From Rikenellaceae bacterium (lineage in GTDB: Bacteria > Bacteroidota > Bacteroidia > Bacteroidales > Rikenellaceae), in contig JAZTZL010000010.1 in NCBI GenBank assembly GCA_045637425.1, positions 438 through 64,437 of the forward strand: a DNA stretch of 64,000 nucleotides, read 5' to 3'. The notes under the pieces are model-generated. The model did not search any database and was not told where the DNA came from. It saw only the letters and a program-made list of their open reading frames with translations. Of the stretch, positions 30,325-37,808 are shown one piece after another (within the stretch, counting starts at the first letter, position 1; every line of letters begins with the position of its first letter). The position numbers and the translations under genes are program-made.

Positions 30325-31617
30325 ATGATAAGACCGCTGAACGTATATGAGGCTACGAATCGCAGATTGAAAAAAATCTTCGACAGTTTCGATTATGTCT
30401 ACGTCTGTTTTTCTGGCGGTAAGGATAGCGGTGTGCTGCTGAATATGTGCATTGATTATATACGCAATTATGCTCCGCACAGAAAACTCGGCGTGTTTCA
30501 TATGGACTACGAAGCGCAGTACCAACACACTACAGACTATGTAAAACGTACACTCAGTTCAAATAGCGATATTCTCGAGGTATTCCACTGCTGCGTACCA
30601 TTCAGAGTCGTAACCTGCACCTCAATGTTCCAATCATATTGGCGTCCGTGGGAGGAGTCAAAACGCGAACTCTGGGTGAGAGATATGCCTGAGAATTGTT
30701 ATACGGCAAAGGACTTCGACTTCTTCTCTGAGGATTTGTGGGACTATGACTTTCAACTGCAATTCGCAATCTGGATTCGCAAATTCAAAAAGTGCAAAAA
30801 GGTTTGCAGCCTCGTGGGAATACGCACACAGGAGAGTTTCAACCGCTGGCGAGCAATTCATAGCGAAAAAAATATAAATAAACTCTACGACAACCGTTGG
30901 ACTCACCGTATTGACTACAACGTTTATAACGCCTACCCTCTCTACGATTGGAGAACGGCCGACGTGTGGATTGCCAACGGACGATTCAAGTGGGACTACA
31001 ACCACCTATATGACCTGTACTACCAAGCTGGCATTCCATTGGCAAAGCAACGTGTGGCGAGTCCGTTCATATCGGAAGCTATTGCTACGCTGAACGCCTA
31101 CCGCGTAATCGACCCCGATACCTGGGGCAAGATGGTCAGTCGTGTGAATGGTGTAAATTTTGCCGGCATCTACGGAAAGAGTATGGCAATGGGCTGGAGA
31201 TCGATAAAATGCCCCGAGGGATTCTCGTGGAAAGACTATATGTATTTCCTGCTCAATACGCTGCCGTTTAACATTAGAAGGAACTACCTCGACAAGCTGC
31301 ACACAAGTATGAAGTTCTGGCGCGAGCGAGGCGGCTGCCTGAGCGAAGAGACAATCGCAAAACTCAAAAAGGCAGGCATAAATTTCACATTCGGCAAAAC
31401 ATCGGGCTACCACACCGAAAAACGAACGGTCAAAATGGAATACATCGACGATATTGATATCCCCGAATTCAAGGAGATTCCGAGTTACAAACGAATGTGC
31501 GTCTGCATACTGAAGAACGACCACATATGTAAGTATATGGGATTCACAATGAACAAACTCGAAAAGGATATCCGAAATAATGTAATGGAGAAATATAAAT
31601 TTTTGATAGATGGCTGA
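30325..31617 (+). CDS. PP-loop ATP-pyrophosphatase of the PAPS-reductase family with C-terminal DUF3440-like extension (IbrA-like)
   Basis: PP-loop motif CFSGGKDSGV at aa 28-37 (nt ~30406-30435). The ~200-aa PAPS-reductase-like core includes GIRTQES. About 200 aa of C-terminal extension matches the architecture of E. coli IbrA-type proteins. Confidence 0.8.
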   Translation: MIRPLNVYEATNRRLKKIFDSFDYVYVCFSGGKDSGVLLNMCIDYIRNYAPHRKLGVFHMDYEAQYQHTTDYVKRTLSSNSDILEVFHCCVPFRVVTCTSMFQSYWRPWEESKRELWVRDMPENCYTAKDFDFFSEDLWDYDFQLQFAIWIRKFKKCKKVCSLVGIRTQESFNRWRAIHSEKNINKLYDNRWTHRIDYNVYNAYPLYDWRTADVWIANGRFKWDYNHLYDLYYQAGIPLAKQRVASPFISEAIATLNAYRVIDPDTWGKMVSRVNGVNFAGIYGKSMAMGWRSIKCPEGFSWKDYMYFLLNTLPFNIRRNYLDKLHTSMKFWRERGGCLSEETIAKLKKAGINFTFGKTSGYHTEKRTVKMEYIDDIDIPEFKEIPSYKRMCVCILKNDHICKYMGFTMNKLEKDIRNNVMEKYKFLIDG

Positions 31618-32131
31618 TTTTAAGAGTCCGGTATATAATATAATTTCAGTTCCGGTAGAGAAGATTGTTGCTAATAATTACAACCCAAATATCGTAGCTC
31701 CACCAGAGATGAAGTTGCTCGAACTGTCAATTTGGGAAGACGGCTACACGATGCCGTGTGTGTGCTATTACCTTGCCGACTGCGATAAGTATGAACTCGT
31801 TGACGGCTACCACCGATATATGGTAATGATGACCTCGAAACGAATCTACGAACGCGAAAAGGGGCTGCTGCCCGTATCAGTCATCAATAAGGATATTTCC
31901 GAACGTATGGCATCAACAATCAGGCACAATCGTGCTCGTGGGGTGCACTCCGTTGAGTTGATGAGCAATATAGTGTCCGAGCTGACCAAAGCAGGAATGT
32001 CTGATGCGTGGATTATCCGCAATATCGGAATGTCAAAAGATGAGCTAATACGCCTGAAACAGATTACGGGATTGGCCGAACTTTTTGCCAACAATGAGTT
32101 TTCTCAATCGGAAGATTGGATCGAAGATTAA
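31610..32131 (+). CDS. ParB/sulfiredoxin-fold protein (IbrB-like)
   Basis: 173 aa. ParB-N-like motifs NPNIVAPPEM, ELVDGYHRY and TIRHNRARG. 8-nt overlap with the upstream PAPS-reductase-family gene. Confidence 0.8.
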   Translation: MADFKSPVYNIISVPVEKIVANNYNPNIVAPPEMKLLELSIWEDGYTMPCVCYYLADCDKYELVDGYHRYMVMMTSKRIYEREKGLLPVSVINKDISERMASTIRHNRARGVHSVELMSNIVSELTKAGMSDAWIIRNIGMSKDELIRLKQITGLAELFANNEFSQSEDWIED

Positions 32132-32225
32132 ACACAAATATTTGATTACAAAAGCATTACAAAAATCAAAAACTTTTCGCAGAAAAAAAATGCACCCAAA
32201 ATTTGGATAATTCGCCAAAAGAGTG

Positions 32226-32233
32226 TACTTTTG
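32226..32233 (+). promoter_or_regulatory. -7 box TACTTTTG upstream of tRNA-Leu
   Basis: TAnnTTTG match 21 nt upstream of the mature tRNA 5' end. Confidence 0.4.
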
Positions 32234-32253
32234 CATCGGTTTAAGAGATTTAT

Positions 32254-32337
32254 GCCCAGGTGGTGGAATTGGTAGACACGCCACTTTGAGGGGGTGGTGC
32301 CGGTTTCGGCGTGCAAGTTCGACTCTTGTCCTGGGCA
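32254..32337 (+). tRNA. tRNA-Leu (anticodon GAG)
   Basis: Manual cloverleaf: acceptor GCCCAGG/CCTGGGC, anticodon stem CCACT/GGTGG with loop TTGAGGG, long variable arm, T-arm GCAAG TTCGACT CTTGT, discriminator A. No encoded CCA. Confidence 0.9.
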
Positions 32338-32340
32338 CTC

Positions 32341-32375
32341 AAAACGGAGAAGATTTTAGTCTTCTCCGTTTTCTT
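32341..32375 (+). terminator. Terminator hairpin after tRNA-Leu
   Basis: Perfect 12-bp stem aaaacggagaag / cttctccgtttt with an 8-nt loop and a T-rich 3' side. Confidence 0.6.
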
Positions 32376-32674
32376 ATATAACGGCAAACATGATTCAAAT
32401 TTTCATACGATATAGTTAATTTCAGTATCCTATGCGGATTTTTACTTTGCATATACCCTAATATCTTTACAGCAAACTAAGAACAAAAAGACCTACTGAC
32501 GAATGTCAATAGGTCTTTCTTTATCTGAATACAATATAATGCGGTTGATATGTCAGTTGAAACATCTGCTCCAACTAAAAAGATTAAACATTAAATTATC
32601 AAACTTATGCTTGATTATAGCCACCGTATTTGATTTTGAGTAGTTTGTAATGCTTAGGCAGCCTAAAGAAATGT

Positions 32675-32723
32675 TCTAAAACAAAGAAAGCGGCTTTTGA
32701 CAATAAGTCATTTACCGCTTTTC
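32675..32723 (-). terminator. Terminator after lipoprotein gene
   Basis: On the minus strand, stem gaaaagcgg...ccgctttc is followed by tttgtttt. It lies about 25 nt downstream of the stop at 32746. Confidence 0.45.
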
Positions 32724-32745
32724 TTATTGTGATATTTAATCAAGG

Positions 32746-33522
32746 TTATTTCCAAGTTAGGGTATATGTAGATGAGCCAGCACTTTCTTTTACTTTAATT
32801 TTTGAAATATAACCCTCTTTGTCAAATTCATATGTTATAGTTGAATGATCAGTTGAATAATCATCAGTTATTGTTACACTTGTCGGTAATTGAGAGGTTC
32901 TTAGTCCTGCAATTTCAGGATGAGCCATAGATAAAAGACTAAGTTCATGATTGTCTTGTATCATAGTGGCAATGAAAGGGAAATAGCCTTTCTGGCAAGA
33001 ATTTCCATATTTTAATGTAACATCATCGTATTCACGAGATATAGAGACAAGCTTATCGCCATCCCAAATGGCAGTTACTACATAATCATATTCATATATT
33101 CCTTTGGCGAATCTGTTAGAACTATTGTATAAGAATGAATCACCATTATCACTATTTCTAACGAGTTTGTCATTAAGATTATAGGTTAAGCTACTTCCAC
33201 TTCCATCAACGCAGTTAACTTTGATTGCATCATCACCCCAAACAAATTGATAGCTCCGTGTGTCTTTATACCCATCATCTTCTTCGGAGTAAACCGCTTG
33301 AACAAGTCTTCCTTGACTGTCATAGTTGAATGTATACGTTTCAGAATAAGAACCATCTTCTGACGTACCAGTACCAACAATTTTTGCTAGTTTCTTGCCA
33401 CTAACAACAATTCCACCTTCTTCAGGTTCTTCTGTTGGATCATCATCCTTACTACACGAAGTAAAGTTTACGCATAAAAGAATAGCAGCCAATGCCATTC
33501 CAACCAATTTAAATGTTTTCAT
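32746..33522 (-). CDS. Lipoprotein with YD/RHS-repeat-like motifs (DUF4595-like?)
   Basis: Start at ATG 33522 gives MKTFKLVGMALAAILLCVNFTSC (lipobox) followed by SKDDDP. The body contains YD-repeat-like segments (TYTFNYDSQGRLVQAVY, ITYEFDKEGYISKI). The gene is clearly more AT-rich than its surroundings. Confidence 0.7.
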   Translation of the reverse strand: MKTFKLVGMALAAILLCVNFTSCSKDDDPTEEPEEGGIVVSGKKLAKIVGTGTSEDGSYSETYTFNYDSQGRLVQAVYSEEDDGYKDTRSYQFVWGDDAIKVNCVDGSGSSLTYNLNDKLVRNSDNGDSFLYNSSNRFAKGIYEYDYVVTAIWDGDKLVSISREYDDVTLKYGNSCQKGYFPFIATMIQDNHELSLLSMAHPEIAGLRTSQLPTSVTITDDYSTDHSTITYEFDKEGYISKIKVKESAGSSTYTLTWK

Positions 33523-33576
33523 TACTAATTGAATTTGTACCCTCACAATTCCCAGATGAAAGCAAACAAAAATTAA

Positions 33577-33759
33577 GGTGTGGGAACTTACTGTTTTATC
33601 CTTAGATTAGGCTTCTCGCATTGCCCTTAGAGTGGATAAAACAATAGCCCACACCAAAGGATATGCGAATAACCAATAACGGTTTGTACATATCAATGAT
33701 GTGGTGCTACTGCCAACCATCTTCACTCTAAAGAGAATTTTGCGAGAATTCAATCTAAG
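33577..33759 (-). promoter_or_regulatory. Candidate structured 5'-leader element: nested and long-range imperfect inverted repeats
   Basis: Helix A 33577-33584/33648-33655 (8 bp). Helix B 33592-33601/33634-33643 (10 bp). A long-range three-segment helix: 33601-33608/33752-33759, 33613-33620/33741-33748 and 33627-33634/33724-33731 (8 bp each). The left arm of the long-range helix lies in the loop of helix B, giving a pseudoknot or alternative-fold topology. Confidence 0.35.
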
Positions 33760-33827
33760 AAGATAATTTCAATAACACCTTTTTCCAAAATGTCCAATCC
33801 AAACCACTGAATAGTCTGAACGTATTG

Positions 33828-33835
33828 CAAAGGTA
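33828..33835 (-). promoter_or_regulatory. -7 box TACCTTTG (minus strand) about 300 nt upstream of lipoprotein ATG
   Basis: The plus strand reads CAAAGGTA, so the minus strand reads TACCTTTG, matching TAnnTTTG. It is the only good match I see between the lipoprotein gene and tRNA-Pro. Confidence 0.35.
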
Positions 33836-33904
33836 TTAAAAACATTTTGCAAAACAAAACGAAAGCTCAATTTTATCTACTATTTTGACCAATAAGCCCT
33901 TTTT

Positions 33905-33930
33905 CGGTTGAAGTAGGTCTACTTCAACCG
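33905..33930. repeat. Perfect palindrome (11-bp arms, 4-nt spacer)
   Basis: cggttgaagta ggtc tacttcaaccg. No U-tract follows on either strand, so it is not a classical terminator. Confidence 0.5.
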
Positions 33931-33960
33931 ACATTTCAACCATTATTTAGCACAAATAAA

Positions 33961-33989
33961 AAAGGAGCTACATTTATTGTAACTCCTTT
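33961..33989 (-). terminator. Terminator hairpin after tRNA-Pro pair
   Basis: Stem aaaggag..ctccttt flanks an AT-rich loop, located 11 nt downstream (minus strand) of tRNA-Pro(TGG). The T-tract is weak. Confidence 0.4.
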
Positions 33990-33999
33990 CTTTTCTGAG

Positions 34000-34074
34000 T
34001 CGGGGTACCAGGATTCGAACCTGGGACCCCCTGCTCCCAAAGCAGGTGCGCTAACCGGACTGCGCTACACCCCG
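34000..34074 (-). tRNA. tRNA-Pro (anticodon TGG)
   Basis: Reverse complement folds as CGGGGTG TA GCGC AGTCCGGTTA GCGC A CCTGC TTTGGGA GCAGG GGGTC CCAGG TTCGAAT CCTGG TACCCCG A. Confidence 0.9.
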
Positions 34075-34179
34075 AACTTATTTCTATTTTTGTGAACTTT
34101 CTTAATTACTCCACCAACACTCTCTCATCTTTCCTTCTCTCACCGTCCCCCCCCCTGCAAGCACTGTTGGTACGACTTG

Positions 34180-34254
34180 TCGGGGTGGCGGGATTCGAAC
34201 CCACGACCTCCTGCACCCGAAGCAGGCGCGCTAACCGGACTGCGCTACACCCCG
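34180..34254 (-). tRNA. tRNA-Pro (anticodon CGG)
   Basis: Reverse complement folds as CGGGGTG TA GCGC AGTCCGGTTA GCGC G CCTGC TTCGGGT GCAGG AGGTC GTGGG TTCGAAT CCCGC CACCCCG A. Confidence 0.9.
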
Positions 34255-34283
34255 ATTCGAGAAGATCACCCTCAAATCGAGCG

Positions 34284-34291
34284 CAAAGGTA
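34284..34291 (-). promoter_or_regulatory. -7 box TACCTTTG (minus strand) upstream of tRNA-Pro pair
   Basis: The plus strand reads CAAAGGTA, 30 nt upstream of the 5' end of tRNA-Pro(CGG). Confidence 0.4.
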
Positions 34292-34340
34292 GATGATATT
34301 TTTCTTATATGCAAATTTTTTCGAAAGTATTTTACAAAAA

Positions 34341-34778
34341 TTAAACTTTTCGCAATGCTGCCACCATTTTACCTTCAGAATCAAACAACATTAGCACGTC
34401 GCCGTCAATCTTAAAACTCCTCACGTTGGGCATCATTTCGAGGAATTCGGTTTCGCGCTTCATATCGCGACACATCGCCTTCGTAGCACCATCTGGGGAC
34501 AATCTCAATTCACCCTCAGTTGCAGACTCAAAGCGTCCGAAGTAGCTATTGCAGTCACCTCGACCATTCAATTCTCCATTATTTGACAGGATTACGGTAA
34601 ATTTAGTTGTATCAGATTGATTGGGGACTACACGACCATTCAGTTCAATCAATCGCCAAGTTACACCCTGTAGGTCCACTGGTTCCGCACTTCGGCGACC
34701 ACAATTACAACACGAGCTAAACATCAACACGCTTCCCAAAAGCATCAGCATAAATACATTAAATCTTCTCATATTCAT
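34341..34778 (-). CDS. META-domain (HslJ-like) lipoprotein
   Basis: Lipobox LMFSSC. META-like segments LQGVTWRLIELNGR, GDCNSYFGRFE and GATKAMC. Confidence 0.8.
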   Translation of the reverse strand: MNMRRFNVFMLMLLGSVLMFSSCCNCGRRSAEPVDLQGVTWRLIELNGRVVPNQSDTTKFTVILSNNGELNGRGDCNSYFGRFESATEGELRLSPDGATKAMCRDMKRETEFLEMMPNVRSFKIDGDVLMLFDSEGKMVAALRKV

Positions 34779-35416
34779 TATTTTATGATTAAATCTTCAA
34801 GTTTCAGTTTCGGCACATAGTGAATACCATCTTTACGGTAGTATGCGTGGCTCTCTTCGGGCGAGATTTCAACCATACGAATTTTTTCCACACCCTTACC
34901 TATAGCCAAGATCATCAACGGATCGTACTGCAAATCAAAGGCTTCCACGATTTTCTTCTTATTAAACGCTGCAATGCATATACCATTCAATCCAATTTCT
35001 GCAGCCTGCAACAACATACTCTGTGCCGAGATTCCCAAATCGACACTCACAAATTTAGTCTCCTCAACGGTAGAACAAATTATAATAAAGGCATTGGGCT
35101 CGGTGCCAGGAAACGGCAGGTGTAACTCGGGCAGCGCTCCACCCAGACCAATATGTGGCAATACCTTGTCAGCCTCGGTGTGGTTCACTGCACGGAATCG
35201 CAACACCTGCTGGTTGCGAGCCGAAGGAATCTTCGTATTAACCTCGATGATTCTGCGCAGTTGATCATCTCGCACAATGAAACTCGAATCGTAACCTCTA
35301 TAACTTCTGTTACGCTCTAAAAGTTTTGCCAATGTAACCTGAGGCTTGCTGTTCTTTGCCGAGCAAGACTGTGCCATATACTCCTCCATTTTACGACCTA
35401 AATAATTATCTGCCAT
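34778..35416 (-). CDS. Nitroreductase-family protein
   Basis: 212 aa. RSYRGYD...IPSARNQQ and the C-terminal dimer-swap region are typical of NAD(P)H nitroreductases. 1-nt TAATG junction with the META gene. Confidence 0.75.
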   Translation of the reverse strand: MADNYLGRKMEEYMAQSCSAKNSKPQVTLAKLLERNRSYRGYDSSFIVRDDQLRRIIEVNTKIPSARNQQVLRFRAVNHTEADKVLPHIGLGGALPELHLPFPGTEPNAFIIICSTVEETKFVSVDLGISAQSMLLQAAEIGLNGICIAAFNKKKIVEAFDLQYDPLMILAIGKGVEKIRMVEISPEESHAYYRKDGIHYVPKLKLEDLIIK

Positions 35417-35420
35417 ATAT

Positions 35421-36041
35421 TTACTTTTTAATATAGACTACTTTCTTTGTTTCAAAAAATTCTTCATCAAACCATTCTTTCAGCTCCCACTGCTGGCACT
35501 CGCGAGCCACACCCGAGAGTTCTTCGGTCAAATCACCGCCCTTCAGACACAAAATACCATTATCCAGCGAACCTTTACCGCTACCCGACCTCACCCTATC
35601 CCAAGTCAATTTCACAAACTGAGGCATTGCCGTAACTGCGCGACCAATAACAAAATCGTACTTCATCGGCAGACTCTCCACACGACTATTGGTCGGTGTA
35701 ACATTATCCAAAGCCAGAGCCTTTGCAATCTCGGATACGACCATAATCTTCTTACCGATTGAGTCGATAGCCGTAAAATGACACTCGGGCAACATAATAG
35801 CCAGCGGAATAGTCGGGAAACCTCCACCGCAGCCCACATCTGCAATCCGTGTACCAGGGTGGAATTCACACACCTTGAGCAAAGAAAGCGAATGCAAAAC
35901 GTGTTTAAGCATCAGCGAATCAATATCTTTTCGAGAAATCACATTCACTCGCTCATTCCAATAGCCATATAATTCGGGCAACTTCGAGAATAATTCTCGT
36001 TGGCGTGAATCTAATTCAAAATATTTTTCAATCTCTTTCAT
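35421..36041 (-). CDS. rsmG: 16S rRNA (guanine527-N7)-methyltransferase RsmG
   Basis: 206 aa. W...NLI-like NERVNVISRKD, and the SAM motif IADVGCGGGFPTIPLAI. Confidence 0.9.
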   Translation of the reverse strand: MKEIEKYFELDSRQRELFSKLPELYGYWNERVNVISRKDIDSLMLKHVLHSLSLLKVCEFHPGTRIADVGCGGGFPTIPLAIMLPECHFTAIDSIGKKIMVVSEIAKALALDNVTPTNSRVESLPMKYDFVIGRAVTAMPQFVKLTWDRVRSGSGKGSLDNGILCLKGGDLTEELSGVARECQQWELKEWFDEEFFETKKVVYIKK

Positions 36042-36042
36042 C

Positions 36043-36636
36043 TTAAAACAGTTGTCCGTTTTTACTTGATATTTTACTCAGCAAGATTTCCCTTGCTCGG
36101 TGAATCAGCGTCTTGACCGTACCGATTGGTACATTCAGTTTTTCGGCAATCTCATCGTAAGAATACTCATTAAAAAAGCGTAGTATTATCACGTCACGAT
36201 ACCTCGGTGCCATATTGTCCAGAATCGTATTCAATTCCCTGCTGTGCTGAGTTATAATCATTCTCTCCTCAGGCGTAGGCTGCTGACTTGCAGGCATACA
36301 GACATTCGAAAAGTTATCCGAAGCATCTATCGACACCATAAATTCGCGTTTTCTGCGTGTGTAGTCAATGAACGTATTGCGCGCAATGGTAAAAATCCAC
36401 TGACAAAATGTGTATTCTGGATTGTATCGGTCGAGGTTGAGATAGACCTTTATAAATGTATTCTGCAACATATCGTTTGAGTCGGGTTCATTTCCGCCTG
36501 TTCGTTGCAGATACATTTGGCGGATTGACTCTTGATACCTGCCAAACAGCTCATCAAACGCACGACGATCGCCATCTCGAGCCTGAGATACGAGTTCGCT
36601 ATCGTTTACTGCGCTCAAATTATCGATTATATCCAT
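36043..36636 (-). CDS. ECF-type sigma-70 family RNA polymerase sigma factor
   Basis: Region 2 (FDELFGRYQESIRQMY...TFIKVY...WIFTIARNTFIDYTRR) and region 4 HTH (YSYDEIAEKLNVPIGTVKTLIHRAR). Confidence 0.85.
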   Translation of the reverse strand: MDIIDNLSAVNDSELVSQARDGDRRAFDELFGRYQESIRQMYLQRTGGNEPDSNDMLQNTFIKVYLNLDRYNPEYTFCQWIFTIARNTFIDYTRRKREFMVSIDASDNFSNVCMPASQQPTPEERMIITQHSRELNTILDNMAPRYRDVIILRFFNEYSYDEIAEKLNVPIGTVKTLIHRAREILLSKISSKNGQLF

Positions 36637-37778
36637 AGTTGACTGCTCGGTTTGATTCGACGTCGTATAGCCAATGCCATTTCAGACACAGGCGACAACA
36701 AGTCATATATCGGATAAAACCACAACAAATCCTTATCACCTAAACGACACGCTGTCTTGTAAGTCAGAATCATCAACAACAGCAGTCTTAAAAATGGCAC
36801 TCCCGTAACTACAGCCACAGCCACATATTGCTGAGCAAGAACAAATTTCACTACAAGGAATAACCAACATACAATCAGTAACAGACGGCTTAACAACTCG
36901 ACTGCCTGACTAAATTTCACACCTTTGGGGTAATATCTAAAACTAAAACTATTCAACGCACGTTGCTTACGCCACTGCTTCATCGGCATTGCAGCCTGTC
37001 TAATCGTAGCCTGCGGGTGAATTACTACCGAAACATTCTTATCCGTTGCTACTTTCTGAATAAAAAGGTCGTCTACGCCGTGTTTGAGTCGCAGGTGGGT
37101 AAAACCACCACTCTCGAAATAGACATTTTTCGTGTAGCCAATGCTATGACACGAACCACGGTAGGTACGGCCCGATATTGCAGCCACGAGCCATCTCATT
37201 GCTACGCCCAATCGCGAACATCTCATATACAGATTTCCGAGTCCTTTTGCACGTTCAACACTGCTGTAACCCAGCACAATAGATGAACCTGTAAATCCTT
37301 TGGACATCAGATTGAGCCACTGATCAGAAACGGGCACCGAATCAGAGGTCGTAAACAACATCAACTCATTGGCAGCAGCTTTCATTCCGACTGTCAGTGC
37401 CAACTTATTCGAGTGGGAACTATGATTATACTTTTTAATAAGTGTAACTTTCAGGCGATCATTTTGTTCGGCCATAATGTTGAGCACATCGACAAAATCC
37501 TCCGAACAATCATTTGCCACTACGACAACCTCATAATTAGCATAATCCTGCGACAAATATACAGGCAATCGTTTTTCAATGAAGTCCCAATCATCTGCAG
37601 TTGGGATCACCACCGAAACAGGCGGCTGTTCATCTGTAATATTCACACGTTTTGAGAGTCGATATTTCACAATAACAACATATCTCAGCACATAGAACAA
37701 CTGCACCAAGAAACACGCAACACAAACCAATGCTGCGACTTTCAATTCAATATCTAATCCTGAGTAAAATTCTATCAC
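36627..37778 (-). CDS. Membrane-embedded family-2 glycosyltransferase
   Basis: N-terminal TM, GT-A core VSVVIPTADD...YEVVVVANDCSED, and several C-terminal TM segments. 10-nt overlap with the sigma-factor gene. Confidence 0.7.
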   Translation of the reverse strand: MIEFYSGLDIELKVAALVCVACFLVQLFYVLRYVVIVKYRLSKRVNITDEQPPVSVVIPTADDWDFIEKRLPVYLSQDYANYEVVVVANDCSEDFVDVLNIMAEQNDRLKVTLIKKYNHSSHSNKLALTVGMKAAANELMLFTTSDSVPVSDQWLNLMSKGFTGSSIVLGYSSVERAKGLGNLYMRCSRLGVAMRWLVAAISGRTYRGSCHSIGYTKNVYFESGGFTHLRLKHGVDDLFIQKVATDKNVSVVIHPQATIRQAAMPMKQWRKQRALNSFSFRYYPKGVKFSQAVELLSRLLLIVCWLFLVVKFVLAQQYVAVAVVTGVPFLRLLLLMILTYKTACRLGDKDLLWFYPIYDLLSPVSEMALAIRRRIKPSSQLWI

Positions 37779-37808
37779 GTTTGAATCAGTAGTTTATTCA
37801 GTTTATTT

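Noticed and set aside
31006-31524. 172-aa minus-strand ORF
   Set aside because: Antisense to the IbrA-like gene. It has no motifs, and the plus-strand frame is continuous with the PP-loop domain.
33523-33546. GTG-initiated 8-codon extension of the lipoprotein ORF
   Set aside because: The ATG at 33522 yields a canonical MK-hydrophobic-lipobox signal peptide, and the extension adds MRVQIQLV with no support.
32338-34000. Integrated mobile element at the tRNA-Leu 3' end
   Set aside because: I looked for an integrase, an excisionase or a direct repeat of the tRNA-Leu 3' end (gttcgactcttgtcctgggca) and found none. Only the compositional anomaly remains, which is reported as a low-interest finding.
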